A DNA stretch of 64,000 bases from NCBI GenBank assembly GCA_051294905.1, contig CM119373.1:7998001-8062000 (forward strand). Reading direction: 5' to 3'. Numbering within the stretch: position 1 is the first letter of the stretch; each line of letters starts with the position of its first letter. This document shows positions 10,385 through 21,491 of the stretch, one piece after another. The notes beneath the pieces were generated by a model that was not told the origin of the DNA, ran no database searches, and was given only the letters and a program-made list of their open reading frames with translations. The position numbers were made by a program, and so were the translations under genes. The DNA comes from Botryllus schlosseri. Taxonomy: Eukaryota.

Positions 10385-11486
10385 ATGGAGAACAGACGGG
10401 AAAAGACAAGGAAAAGAGCCGGTGCCGCTAGGAAGGTACGGAAAGATTTTAGCAATGAGCGTCTTGCGGAGATGCTCTTCAAATATGACGACGATATGCT
10501 GGATACGCCGGACATGTGGGACTGGGTCCAGACAGATTACAAGCCGTACGGTATTAACAAAAAAGATAGAGGTAATGATCGTTACCTCTAAGTTCATGCA
10601 ATAAAGATTCAGACGTCACAAAGCCACAATTTTAAGACATCGAGCTACTATGCTCGAGTGGGGAATAACCGAAACTCGCGTAGATGGGACTGCTGAGCTA
10701 AGCGCCAGAGATGAGCGGATTTGAAATTTCTATGTCCTAATCCAATCCAAATCCGAACCTTCAAATCCTAATCCATAACTTTTTCATATTCAAGTCCATG
10801 TCCAATCCTAATCCGATTGCAACTGGAAATTCAGAAAAAATACTAATTTATGCAATGGAGGGATTCGAAAATTTTCTTTCACAACCAACGATTCATTTGA
10901 TTCAAGATAACTTAGTAACCGTAAGTACATTAATTACTGATCTGAATAAAGTTTGTCGCCATTCGCCACATGACATTTCAATCTCCCAGAAAATAGGTAA
11001 ATCCAATCTTAATCCTAATCCGTTCTCAAAAAATTGTCTAATCCAAATCCAATCCAAATCCGACAAAATTTCACAAATCCTGTTTTTTCAAAACCTAATC
11101 CTAATCCATGCTCATCTCTGCTAAGCGCGGACCAGCGAATGGAAGAGGTCGCGAGTGAGGTCTCGCTTATCATTCGCGAAGCTAGCGGAATAAAGGTCGA
11201 GAGGGCTGAACCCGGAGAGTCGAGCGCCGGCGTAGCGGATTTTTCTGCTGTGAAGATCAAAACAGAACGTGTATCGAATGATGATGCGACACTGAAAGAC
11301 TTTTTGGACAATTATGCATCGCGCAGATCGTCCGAGAGGACGGCGGGAATTCGCCCAGTCGTGAACAATCAAGTCGGTAGCCTCGCGGTTTTCTCAAGGC
11401 CAGAGACATTGAATCGGAGCCAACTGCCTCCGATGAGAAACATTATAGGGATCATTATCATGTGGATATCCCGAAATATATGGTGA
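10385..11486 (+). pseudogene. Orphan ORF split by a MITE and one stop
   Basis: Removing 10706..11128 joins ...ETRVDGTAELSA to DQRMEEVASEV... in frame; the frame continues upstream through the stop at 10589-10591 into ORF 10385..10591. Confidence 0.45.
10706..11120. mobile_element. hAT MITE with (AATCC)n subterminal repeats
   Basis: TIRs CAGAGATGAGC/GCTCATCTCTG; perfect 8-bp TSD CTAAGCGC (10698-10705, 11121-11128). Confidence 0.95.
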
Positions 11487-11539
11487 TTATCGAGACAATA
11501 ACACGTGTTTACAATGCTCGTGCCTTAATAGACAACCTT

Positions 11540-11750
11540 TTAAAACCTTCAATACAGAAAGGGATTTTCAGCAAGCGCGATAGTGTAATGGTCACGGTTC
11601 TGTTCCACAAGTCATTGGGGTCCTCGGTTTGAATCAAGGAGAGGAGCCGTTTTCATTCGACGCTGAAAGCTTCAATACAAGCGGATGTTCTCAGCGAGCG
11701 CGATAGTGTAATGGTTACAATTCTGGTCTATAAGTCAGGTTCTCGGATCA
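11540..11750 (+). repeat. Two tandem degenerate SINE-head units
   Basis: ..CTTCAATAC..CAGCRAGCGCGATAGTGTAATGGT.. twice ~120 bp apart; resembles the head of the SINE at 33.9 kb (GAGCGAGATAGTGTAATGGTT). Confidence 0.55.
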
Positions 11751-12112
11751 AATTTTGGCGACAGTCCGTTTTCATAATAAAATTGAAATAAAAAAAAATG
11801 AAACAAATACGCGTACATATTCAAATTTGAATGTGGGCGTGGCTGGACACGTTGGGGGGGGGTATAATAGGCCTACCTACACTACTAACGCTCCCATCCA
11901 TAGGTGGCGCGCCACCAGTTTGAGAACGCCTGGCGTAACATATAAATCGAGTACCTACTCTTCCTAGGGCGTTAAGGTGTTTCTATTCGCGGACATACTG
12001 ACGAACGTTCTAATTTCTCCGAACTATTGAAACTTTCGGCGAAATGCAACAACCTCAGCGCTGCAGCATGGCTTGATCGGCAGGGTTACAAATGGACAAG
12101 TCATGAAATTAC

Positions 12113-13029
12113 CAGTGTTGGGATGACTCGAGTCATGACTTGACTCGAGTCACCTTTTTCGTATGACTTGACTTGACTCGAATCACTTTGCTAAAATGAC
12201 TTGACTTGACTTGGCATATCCAAAGTGTGGATTGACTCGTGACTCGGACAAAAATTCACGAGTCAATTTCAAGTCATCAAGTAATCGGTGTCGATAAAAT
12301 CACTATAACTTGCATATGTTCGGATTGTTCGCGAAACGCTAGTGTAACCCGTGAGAGCGACCAATCACTCAATGATCGTGAGTTTTACTGAGCCTCCATT
12401 GTTCTCACACAAATAAATTGACCGCAAACGAAGGGATCGAAGCTTATAGCTTACGTTGTCGTAAACTAGTATAGTAAAGTCATTTAATAGCAAAATATAT
12501 ATTTCTGTTCTCTGTTCTTACCTTGACGAAGCCTCTTATTTTATTGAAATTGAATTCGAATATAGTTTATATAGTCCTCAGCCATTGTCACAGGCTCGAT
12601 TTGTAATATATCAATTTGTAAATGGGTAATGTACTGCATCTTATCAAATTCGTTTCTCTATTGACTATTTTGGCTGATAACTATATAAACTGAGAATATG
12701 CAATTACTTACATCATTTAGCTATACAGCGCCTTCTTGAGTGTATTGAACTCTATACTCGTTCATCGATTCAAAATTAATGAACATTCAATCTGTATTTC
12801 CGACAGCTAGCATAATTCAATGACGTAATCATGCCTCATACTTCGAAAAGGCAATTTGACTTGACTCGTGACTTGACTTGACTTGACTCGAGTCACCTCC
12901 AAAAATCGAGTGACTTGACTTGACTCGAGTCACCTTCGAAAATCGATTGACTTGACTTGACTCGAGTCAAAATGTGCAATGACTCGAAATGACTCGTGAC
13001 TCGAAGGTAGTGACTTGATCCCAACACTG
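12113..13029. mobile_element. hAT MITE with GACTCGAGTC/TGACT arrays
   Basis: TIRs CAGTGTTGGGAT/ATCCCAACACTG; TSD GAAATTAC/GAAATTAG (7 of 8 match). Confidence 0.93.
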
Positions 13030-13576
13030 GAAATTAGCAATGAAATTCTTGGAATGATGGCGAAAGAAGTACTTAGAAATGAATGAAATTTCCGACATCA
13101 AGCAAGGCCGATATTTTTGCATCATGGCAGACGAAATTACAGACGTAGAGAAAAAGGAACAATTATCTTTATGCATTCGTTACACTTCTTGGTCTGACAG
13201 AGTGCCCCTGCACTGATGCTACAACATTGCATAAACTAATATCGAGTGGATTGAATCCGCTAGGACTTGGACCTTTCTCTTTGCCGAGGGCAAGGATATG
13301 ACGGGGCAGCAGCCATGGCAGGGCGGTTATCAGGAGTGCAAGCTCGTTTCAAGGAAACCTACCCGACCATGCTGTATTTACATTATGCTGGGCATCAAAC
13401 AAGCCTGGTTGCAGAAGATTGCTTCAAAGCAACCAGACAAGGTTTGTATTGTATGCCAGTAGGGTTGGGCGCTGCAAATTTCATCAAATCGTCTCCGAGA
13501 AGACTGATCAGCTATTCGAATAGCGTCAACGAATTCACCCTCACCGCTGGGTAATGCAGCTTCCCGCCGTTAACGC

Positions 13577-14063
13577 TAGGCTTACCATATTTTGGAAATG
13601 TAAAAAGAGAACACTTTTTCAGAAATTTCAGACATGCAAAATTGGAGAAGAATTCTCAAAAACCGGTAAATTTTTCCCACTTCGTGATCGGTTGACTAAA
13701 AAAAAAAAACATTTGACTAAAAAAAAAAAAACTATAAAAAAAGTCATCACTTTCGCTCACAACTCAAAATAACGTTTCTCTCCACATTTCCATGTGGATG
13801 ACTAAAAAAAAAGGTCTTCTTTTCGCTCAGAGCTAAAATCAGCGCTTTTCCCTCCGAAATACCCGCCGGAGCGTCACTTCTCGGCAAATCTGCGGCATAT
13901 CGCTCGCAATTTGATCTAAATCTGACCTAAATTTCCAAAAAAGAGGACAAAATCTCTAAAAGTAGGACAAGAGGGCGTCATCCTAGGACACTTTCAAAAA
14001 AGTCAAAAAACACTTTAAAAAAAGAGGACAAATCCTCTTAAAAGAGGACGTATTGTAAGCCTA
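13577..14063. mobile_element. hAT MITE, GAGGACA family, copy 2
   Basis: TIRs TAGGCTTAC/GTAAGCCTA; perfect 8-bp TSD GTTAACGC (13569-13576, 14064-14071). Confidence 0.95.
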
Positions 14064-14974
14064 GTTAACGCCTTCCAGGACCAGTATCAAGCCGTACTGG
14101 ATTGGCTTGCTGAGACCTCAAATGACACCAGCTTGGATGCGCTCAGTCGCAGCAAAGCTTCCAGTTACTTCCATTCGATGGAAGATTTTGATGTGTATTT
14201 TTTATTACGCCTATTGCAAAAACTACTGTTGATTTTAAACCTGCTCATACACAAGTTCAAAAACGACAATTAGCGTTAGACGAGTTCGTCAACTGTTGGA
14301 AACCGTCTCGTCGACAATTTCGTGGAGCGCGGGAAGTTAAAGTGAGGCATCCGTGTTGTTTGAAGGTTGTAAGGACCCTGCTACTGTAATGGGTGACTAA
14401 GTCACAGCTTTAACGAAATGTATTGTTCACGCCATTCTAAGATTTGAGCAATAAGGAGTTGTTAAACCTTACGTAATTACCTGAACTGAGACCTGATAAG
14501 ACCTTTGTGAGTCGTATATTTTGTCGTGTGAACGTAGATAACAATTTGGCATGTACTCTCTCTTTCATGGCTATTGAGAGACGGTCATTCTAATTCATGA
14601 TTGTTCACTAGGGCTCTTCAAAAATGAATTTTTTTCTCAAATCCTACTGGCTACTTGATAAAATTGTTAGGTTACCTAATTTAAGCCTACACACAAAATT
14701 TGGTTCAATTCCAGCCAGTAACCGCTTTGCTACAGGAGAAGAAAGTTTCTAATTATTATATAAAATTAAATAATAAAAATTTTGAAAATTTTCTGTTCAC
14801 CCCATGAAAGTGTTAGGCTGTCTATAGAAACGATCCTCAACAAATTTGGTTCAATCCCAACCAGTGGATGCGGAGTTAATGCCATCGAAAAATTTGGATT
14901 CGAATAAAATAGTATTTACGGTGGGCACAATTATAATCAATAAACAAAGAATCGGTCACCGTAAATACTATTTT

Positions 14975-15510
14975 ATTCAAATCCAAATTTTTCAACGGCA
15001 AACGAAAGAAGAAACACGCGGCGAATTGTAAACGCAACCTTCTGGAGTCAGATTATACAACTATAACAACTACAAACATTCGCTCTGCGTTATAACAGCT
15101 ATCTATTGTAACGACGTCGATTCAAATATGCTGCGTATGGAACAACAACAATTGAGAAGCTTCATACCACAAAAGCAGATTTATGTTTCAACGATGCCAC
15201 AGCTTCACAATCTCCCTGATGCCACAGCTTCACAATCTCCCTAACAAAAATGAAACAATTCCGCTGATGTCACCGAATGTGGCTGAACTCGAGAATTTAT
15301 CTCTCCCTGCCGTGTACTACCTGTTAAGCAGAGAGGTCGTTCAGTGCGCCCCGACGCTTAAAAACTTATTTCAGATCAAGCATGACGCAACAGCGATTCA
15401 AAAACTTATTTAAGATTAAGCATGACGCAGTAGCGATTGAATCATGTGCTCGTATTGAATGTATATCAAAAGGAAGCTTCCAAGATTCCGCTGGAAACCT
15501 TGATGAATGA
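14975..15510 (+). pseudogene. Orphan ORF broken by two tandem duplications
   Basis: Removing a 25-bp duplication (GATGCCACAGCTTCACAATCTCCCT, ~15192-15241) and a 42-bp duplication (~15365-15440) gives one frame QPSGVRLYNYNNYKHSLC...IKHDAVAIESCARIECISK. Confidence 0.4.
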
Positions 15511-17465
15511 CTGGATTGAAAGAGCTACCGTCCGCAGAAACACTTTCGCCAAGCAGTAACGATGTCTGAGTGAAGGTCTAATATTGTTTGTGTTTATGTA
15601 TCTTTTTGATTAAAAATTATGCCCGCGTCTGAACAAATTGTGCTCATTGCCATTATCGAATCTGAGTTAGCGGACCCTGTAATTGTTATTACTGCGGGTT
15701 TGCGGCATGTCCGCAATTTCGAGCGCAACCTTGCCGGTCGATTGTACAGTACGCAAAATTGATCACTACTATGTATTTCGCACAACGTTGATGCTGATTT
15801 CAGCAAACCAACGATCCTTATTAGATGTTGTACGACTTCATCGCGCGCTCCGAGAAACACCATCTCTTATCGCGATTTGACGACTAAATATACGTTCACC
15901 TTCTACAAATTTAAGTGGATTATTTGCATCGATGGGGGCCGCAAGCCGCGATCAAAATATTCTGTGAACCGTTTTAGTTGAATAAGTGTTTCATTGTGTG
16001 TGCCTGCTCTGTGGAATGAATATATTCCAGTGGCCATAATAATATTAATCTAATTACGGTTTGCGAACGTAAATCAGGAAATCGATGTTTTAATCAGCAA
16101 CCAATTGTCGCGATGCGAGCCACTCAATGCTATGTAAAAACCCATCGTGTTTGTCGGTAAGGGATCATTACTGATTGGCCGCGCGAGTTCGTAATCCACA
16201 TTCTTGTCTGTCTTTCGTGTTCCAGAATTGTCGCACCATGTTACTGCTCAGTCCAGCGACGGATGCCGAATACGCGGCAATAAAAAGGCCTAATTTTGCA
16301 GTCATCTCAGTGGGAGATCACGTCGCGTTACATTGTGCGATACGCGTGCCCTGGTGCACAGACGATCCTCGCTAATTGGTCGCGGCCGCGCGTGACACTG
16401 AATAATACTTGTTTAATTGAAACTGAATAATAGCATGATGACGGGGTTTTGCGTTTCAAAGGGGTGTTTCGACAGCCCCTGGCTACGAGCCTGCCTGCCG
16501 CCACCTTATGCAAAATTAAAAGTCGGCGCCTATGGCTGTGGACATCAATCATTCTAATTCTATTCACACTCAATCTCAATAATTTGTACAGGCCAATAAT
16601 TCCTTGACCCAATCACATACTTGAAGTAAAGGACCTCAAAGAAGACGGACATGTATGTAAGCCTTGGTCGAAGATTGTCGCGCATGCTTTTACGTTGATC
16701 AACGGTCCGCTTATTTATGAACGACTTTCGGTGGTGGCGAAAACACTGCGAGTAACACACGCTCGGTTACGTCGCGTTCGTCGGTCCCAACGCTGTCGCG
16801 ATACTGGCAAGGCGCGTATATTCAAAGGCAGTATGGTAACTCTATAGTTTCTAATATCGATCGCCCCGTGCGCAGAGACGGTCGGGCAGACTGCAAGCGA
16901 AGTAGAAGGTCGAGAAAGTAAAAGATGCTATGTCACCGCTCCTAACTGGAATATCGTTGTGCTGCGACAGCGCAAAGCAAGTACTTATGTATGTAACCTT
17001 TATTCTGTATTGCGCATTATTATGAATCATAGCATGAGTGAAAAGGAACTACCTCCAAAACGTCAGCGGTTCACGCTACGAGGCTTAAACAGGTGAAGCC
17101 ATTTGTAAATGGCATCAACAGTTCGAATCAAATTTGGGCGTCGGACTCCGATTTCGAGAGGCCGGTCAAATCCAAAGAACCCAGGTCAGTGTCTGCGCGC
17201 GCTGCGAATACATTTTGTGTACTAGACGCCCGGTGACTGTAGTGTCGTCACCATGGATACTTCCTTACGTACATCGAATTACCCTTCGTTCAGAGTTGCC
17301 GCGTCGACGACAACGGCGTCACCACGAGTCCTCATCAGACATAGGTGCCGATAATGCGGACAAGCGACCGGATGCTTCGGATAACAACAATGGAAGGTAC
17401 GTAAGTTTGCTGAGGAGGCGTGTAAACGTGACTCAGTTGTTATTGAGCGCGTCGAAACTTTAGAT

Positions 17466-17580
17466 CAGTGGTTTCCAACGTGTGCGATATCGCCTCCCCC
17501 CTAGGGGGCGATTTGGCGGCCTAGGGGGCGAGAATGACGAAGGGGGCGAAAATAGCGAAGAGGGGCGATGACGCGCTAAA
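17466..17580. mobile_element. Truncated hAT MITE left end with GGGGCGA repeats
   Basis: CAGTGGTTTCCAAC terminus plus repeated GGGGGCGA; other end not found. Confidence 0.6.
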
Positions 17581-17989
17581 ACGACTATATCGTAGTCACG
17601 TCGGAGGTGTTTAAAAGTTTTTTACCCTTAAGTCCTGACGAATTACAAAGTAAGAAAAAGGCCCTCTGTCGCCAGCTACCACTTTCTAAACAAGATAGAT
17701 ACTGTACGCGACCAAAGACGACGCAGGCAATCAAATTGGTTTCAAAAAATACTAGGTGGTCGAAATGTCATTGACAAAGACTGCGCATAACTGCAGGCTG
17801 CAAAAGTTATAATTTCGAATTTTAAAGAAGACAAAGACGGCCACTGATAAAGAAAAGAAATACCAGTACTTTTCCCCGTATGCCTACGACTCTGCAACGC
17901 TGCTTCGGGTCGCTGGGAAATCACGATAACATATTTTCAGGTGACATATTATTTCTAGCCGTGTGTTATTGGACCTGATCCAATAGCTC

Positions 17990-18640
17990 TGTCTGCTTTT
18001 GTCTTTTAGTTTTTCGTCTTTTAATGGTTTAAGAAAAGTATCCCTTCGTGATCCGACATATTCTTCAGATGAAGTTAGCTCTCTACCAATGGACAGTCGG
18101 GTGAGTTGACTCTATAATTGAACTTTCACGGGTTTTACTTGCTGACTGGTTGGAATGGAATTACAAGTTTAATCACTATTGTATAGCACCTCGACTTAAC
18201 ATTTGTTGTGACGATTTCATCCCTCTACAATGGCGGTTCCCAACTCATGGGGAATTCAGTGTTTTCTGGCGGGGAACAGGCACACTTGGTAAATCAAGGC
18301 ACAACACCACGATTACAGATACCAGTTTACCGGTCCGGACAGTAGGAGTTGCAGATGTTCACATTGCGGATATCCACACATTTAGCATGAACAAACTTCC
18401 GATGCCCTGGACGCTTGCACATATCAATATCGAAGATTCCAGTGAACATGTCTTCTATTTTGAGCAACGACTATCCTTTTCCGAGTGCAGACTCGAAGTC
18501 GCATTTTGGGCAATACATTTCTCTCCTGTGTGTAAATATAGCTATATAGACTCAATTATGTAAACTACGCGTATTCATACTTCATATAAGTTTTCGACGT
18601 CTGATTAGCATACCATGTTCATCGTTGGTAGTTTTCTCGT
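17990..18640 (-). pseudogene. LINE ORF2 apurinic-like endonuclease (APE) relic
   Basis: Degenerate minus-strand motifs in APE order: LGKG*SLLKI (GGG-V-x-x-x-K position), VNICNSYCP, LNS..W/G region, SDHEGILF (SDH at 18048-18056); no RT follows. Confidence 0.6.
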
Positions 18641-19559
18641 ATTCACCATGTTTATCGATGTTAGTTTTCTCGTATTATTACCTTCCTTAATAACCCGATT
18701 TCCATTCAGTCAATATTCTTTGGTACGGATGCTGATAATTGGAATGCAGAAACAGCCATGCTCGGGAGGCCAAGATTGTGCCGAATTTGCAAAGAATAGA
18801 TTGCCAAGAATAGAGAGCTTCCTCGGCCCAATAATCGCAATAATTAATGAGATAATGGCAAAATCTGATATGTCATTGGTCATTTCCCGGACGAAAGCTC
18901 TCCTGTAATTTCCCGGACGAAAGGAAAGCTCTTCTGTAAGTTCAATTTAATATGTCTGAATAACGTCCTGTCATCTAAATTCAAAGAGGATGAACTTGCA
19001 TTTATTGCAAAGATATTTACTTCGGACAGTTTTCGCATTTTTGATTTTGGGAGGGATTCCTGAAACTATAGAAATCCAGTTAAAGGTATTCTGGGAGGGT
19101 TGGTATTCAAGTATTATATCGGCGGAATATATTTCTGTTGTAAACTTGAGGGCGATCCTGAATCCGTGTAAACTGGAGAGCGATCCTGAATCGGTATAGG
19201 TCTCCTGTAGGCCTAGACGTGTCTTGTTGAAATAACGTCCGTATCTATTCTCGTTGTATCCATTTTGTCTCGTGATGCTTGGGGTGGCTGAAATGGTATA
19301 GAATACATTTTGTTGCACGACTTGAGAATGAAGCCAGCCAAATTGCAGATAGCATTGATTGTGAATTTTGTAACATTGATTGTGAATTTTCTCATTTTGA
19401 CTAGTTATATTGGCGTGATCCCACATTGAGAAGTTTGGGTTGCTAATGGTTTTATCAGTGTTGCGCTGCTGTTCTGTGATTTTGAAATATATGTTTGCGT
19501 TGTTTGTTCTGTGATTCTGAAATATATGTTTGAGTGACAGGTAGCAAAACGTTACCTTG

Positions 19560-19720
19560 GATTTCTTGAAGAAAATCCACTCTGGAATGGGATGTGCTGC
19601 GATCAGTGCAAAGATTTCTTGAAGAAAATCCACTCTGGAATGGGACGTGCTGCGATCAATGCAATAAGCATATAAAACGACTCTGGAATGGGACGTGCTA
19701 CGATCAAAGGCAAAAAAAGC
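19560..19720. repeat. ~53-60-bp tandem repeat (about 3 units), possibly the LINE 5' region
   Basis: ACTCTGGAATGGGAYGTGCTRCGATCA occurs three times. Confidence 0.8.
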
Positions 19721-20218
19721 ATAACAAAACAGACTCTGAAATTTCGAGATGAAACGATATAGGGGATGGAGTTGTAGGATTTGTCACGTCAGCACGGCAT
19801 AGCCGCAACGAAAACTGACCTATTACTCGAGAGTTTGCTTCAAGTGGTTCTCTTGATGCGCCCTATAGTCAGTCTACTATTATGAAAATCTGTCAACCTA
19901 GAATTATCTGAAAATGGCACATTGAGTTTGACTCATCTGCTTTGTCTCGAGATTGTGAATTTTCAGTGATTCTAAAACTTTTTTTGGCTTGCAGTACACT
20001 AGGAAAGTTATAAAACACTCTTAGCCAACGATGAGTTCACGATGAGTATGCCTATCGATACGCGTAACTGAACGAAACAACTGAAGCGAGGTTTATAGTG
20101 TGGACAAAATACCCGCATATCTCCGTCAGTTCCAAGCATCTTCTCTGCTGTACAGCTCTTAATCAGTGAAGACATATAAAAGCTGTGTTCACGTAGTCAT
20201 AGAGATTGCACTATAGGC

Positions 20219-20350
20219 AGTAAGATGGTGATTTTGTTGGTTGATACAACGACTGTCATGAATACCATCAATATGACTATAGAGATTGCACTATAGGCAG
20301 TAAGATGGTGATTTTGTTCCAATGATTATCATGAATACCATCATTATGAC
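20219..20350. repeat. ~80-bp tandem duplication
   Basis: ATAGAGATTGCACTATAGGCAGTAAGATGGTGATTTTGTT..CATGAATACCATCA.TATGACTA twice. Confidence 0.85.
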
Positions 20351-20599
20351 TAACGGCGAAAATGATAGGATGTGGAGGGAGATACGAGACAGTCATGTCA
20401 CTCATTAATATCAAACTTGACGTGTTTGAATGTCATACTTCAGTGATTTACATCAAATTTGCAATTTGCATTGTAACTGTAACATCTTCCATTGTGATGT
20501 TTCAATATCGCTAAAACTTCTTGTACCTCTATGCAAATTTTGCTAAATATACCACATGAATTCCAATGCTACTGAGGCTTGTTAGTAGAGGCTTCTCAT

Positions 20600-21100
20600 T
20601 TTTCGACGACTTGCCTTGAATGTGGTATGTTAAAAAACTGGAAGTAAAACGGAAAGTGAAATAATATTCGCTACGCGAACACAATCAATTCATGTTACTC
20701 TTCCACATTGATTCCAAGTGCGGACATTTTGGGAAGTTGAAAATTGATAATAAATTGAAATTGTGGCAATTATATGGTATACTATAACGATCTGCCTAAA
20801 ATTATATGGTATACTATAACGATCTGCCTAAGTACTGTAAATCTACATCAGATGCACTTCAGCCAGTCTCCACACCGCTTTCATCGGCATACGACGTAAC
20901 TTCCCGTTATTATATAATCCAACTTCTTTCGTTGCTGTTGGCCTATTATATAATCTAATTTCTTTTCGTTGCTGTTGGCCTATAAGTTGTCACAGCTGGG
21001 GAAAAGCCGCCGTTTCCCTTCTCTTTTTCGACTTGTACATTGTGACTCCATACGTGCCACTACACCCCATCAGAGTCGGATGAAAAACTATGTAGCATAC
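20600..21100. repeat. Dispersed repeat, copy A (unknown family)
   Basis: Shares GTAAATCTACATCA, GGCATACGAC, TTTTCGACTTGTA, GACTCCATACGTGCCA and ATCAGAGTCGGATGAAAAACT in the same order with 55300-56000. Confidence 0.8.
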
Positions 21101-21155
21101 CCTCAATTCGATAACAAAATTTATTTTTGAATATATATGAACATAACACATAACT

Positions 21156-21491
21156 TAGGGGTACCATGTTTATTTTCAGACTTGCAAAACCGGAATTCTC
21201 AAAACCGGAGAAGAATTCGCAAGAACTGGTACATGGTACATTTTTCCCATTTCGTGGTCGGCTGACTGAAAAAAAAGTTTTTCCTTCACGTTATCGGGTG
21301 TCCTTCACGTTATCGGGTGGTGAAGTATAAAGGTCAACTTTCCACTATCCTCCTGAAATACCCGCCGGAGCGTCACTTCGTTGCTAATTCATGGCGTCTC
21401 GGTCGAATTTTGCTTTACTATGACCAAAATTCTCAAAAAAGAGGACAAATCCTCCAGGAAGTAGGTTAAAAGAGGACGTACGGTAACCCTG
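21156..21491. mobile_element. hAT MITE, GAGGACA family, copy 3 (internally shortened)
   Basis: TAGGGGTACCAT...GGACGTACGGTAACCCT; internal homology with 4530 and 13577 copies; TSD not preserved. Confidence 0.8.

Larger units (their letters stand above)
11950..14290 (+). pseudogene. hAT transposase relic (ZMYM1/THAP12-like type) interrupted by two MITEs
   Basis: Reconstructed: FLGR*GVSIRGH..SNFSELL..KWTSHE|ISNEILGMMA..YFCIMADEITDVEKKEQLSLCIRY..RGQGYDGAAAMAG..VQARF..LYLHYAGHQTSL..HRWVMQLPAVNA|FQDQY..; the ADE, QGYDGA and CxxH-position motifs are diagnostic. Confidence 0.9.

Noticed and set aside
10798-11124. Asn/Pro-rich ORFs (SNPNPI..)
   Set aside because: Translation of the AATCC arrays inside a MITE
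7183-11932. A single hAT element capturing the polymerase region
   Set aside because: The left end (CAGTGGTTCTCGACC, CGGACCGG type) and right end (TTTGAGAACGCCTG, GGCGCGCC type) belong to different families and the flanks share no TSD
12113-13029. CRISPR-like array (also considered for 28665-29111, 53123-54110 and 4904-5060)
   Set aside because: Short degenerate motifs without unique equal-length spacers, bounded by TIRs and TSDs; no cas genes; eukaryotic context
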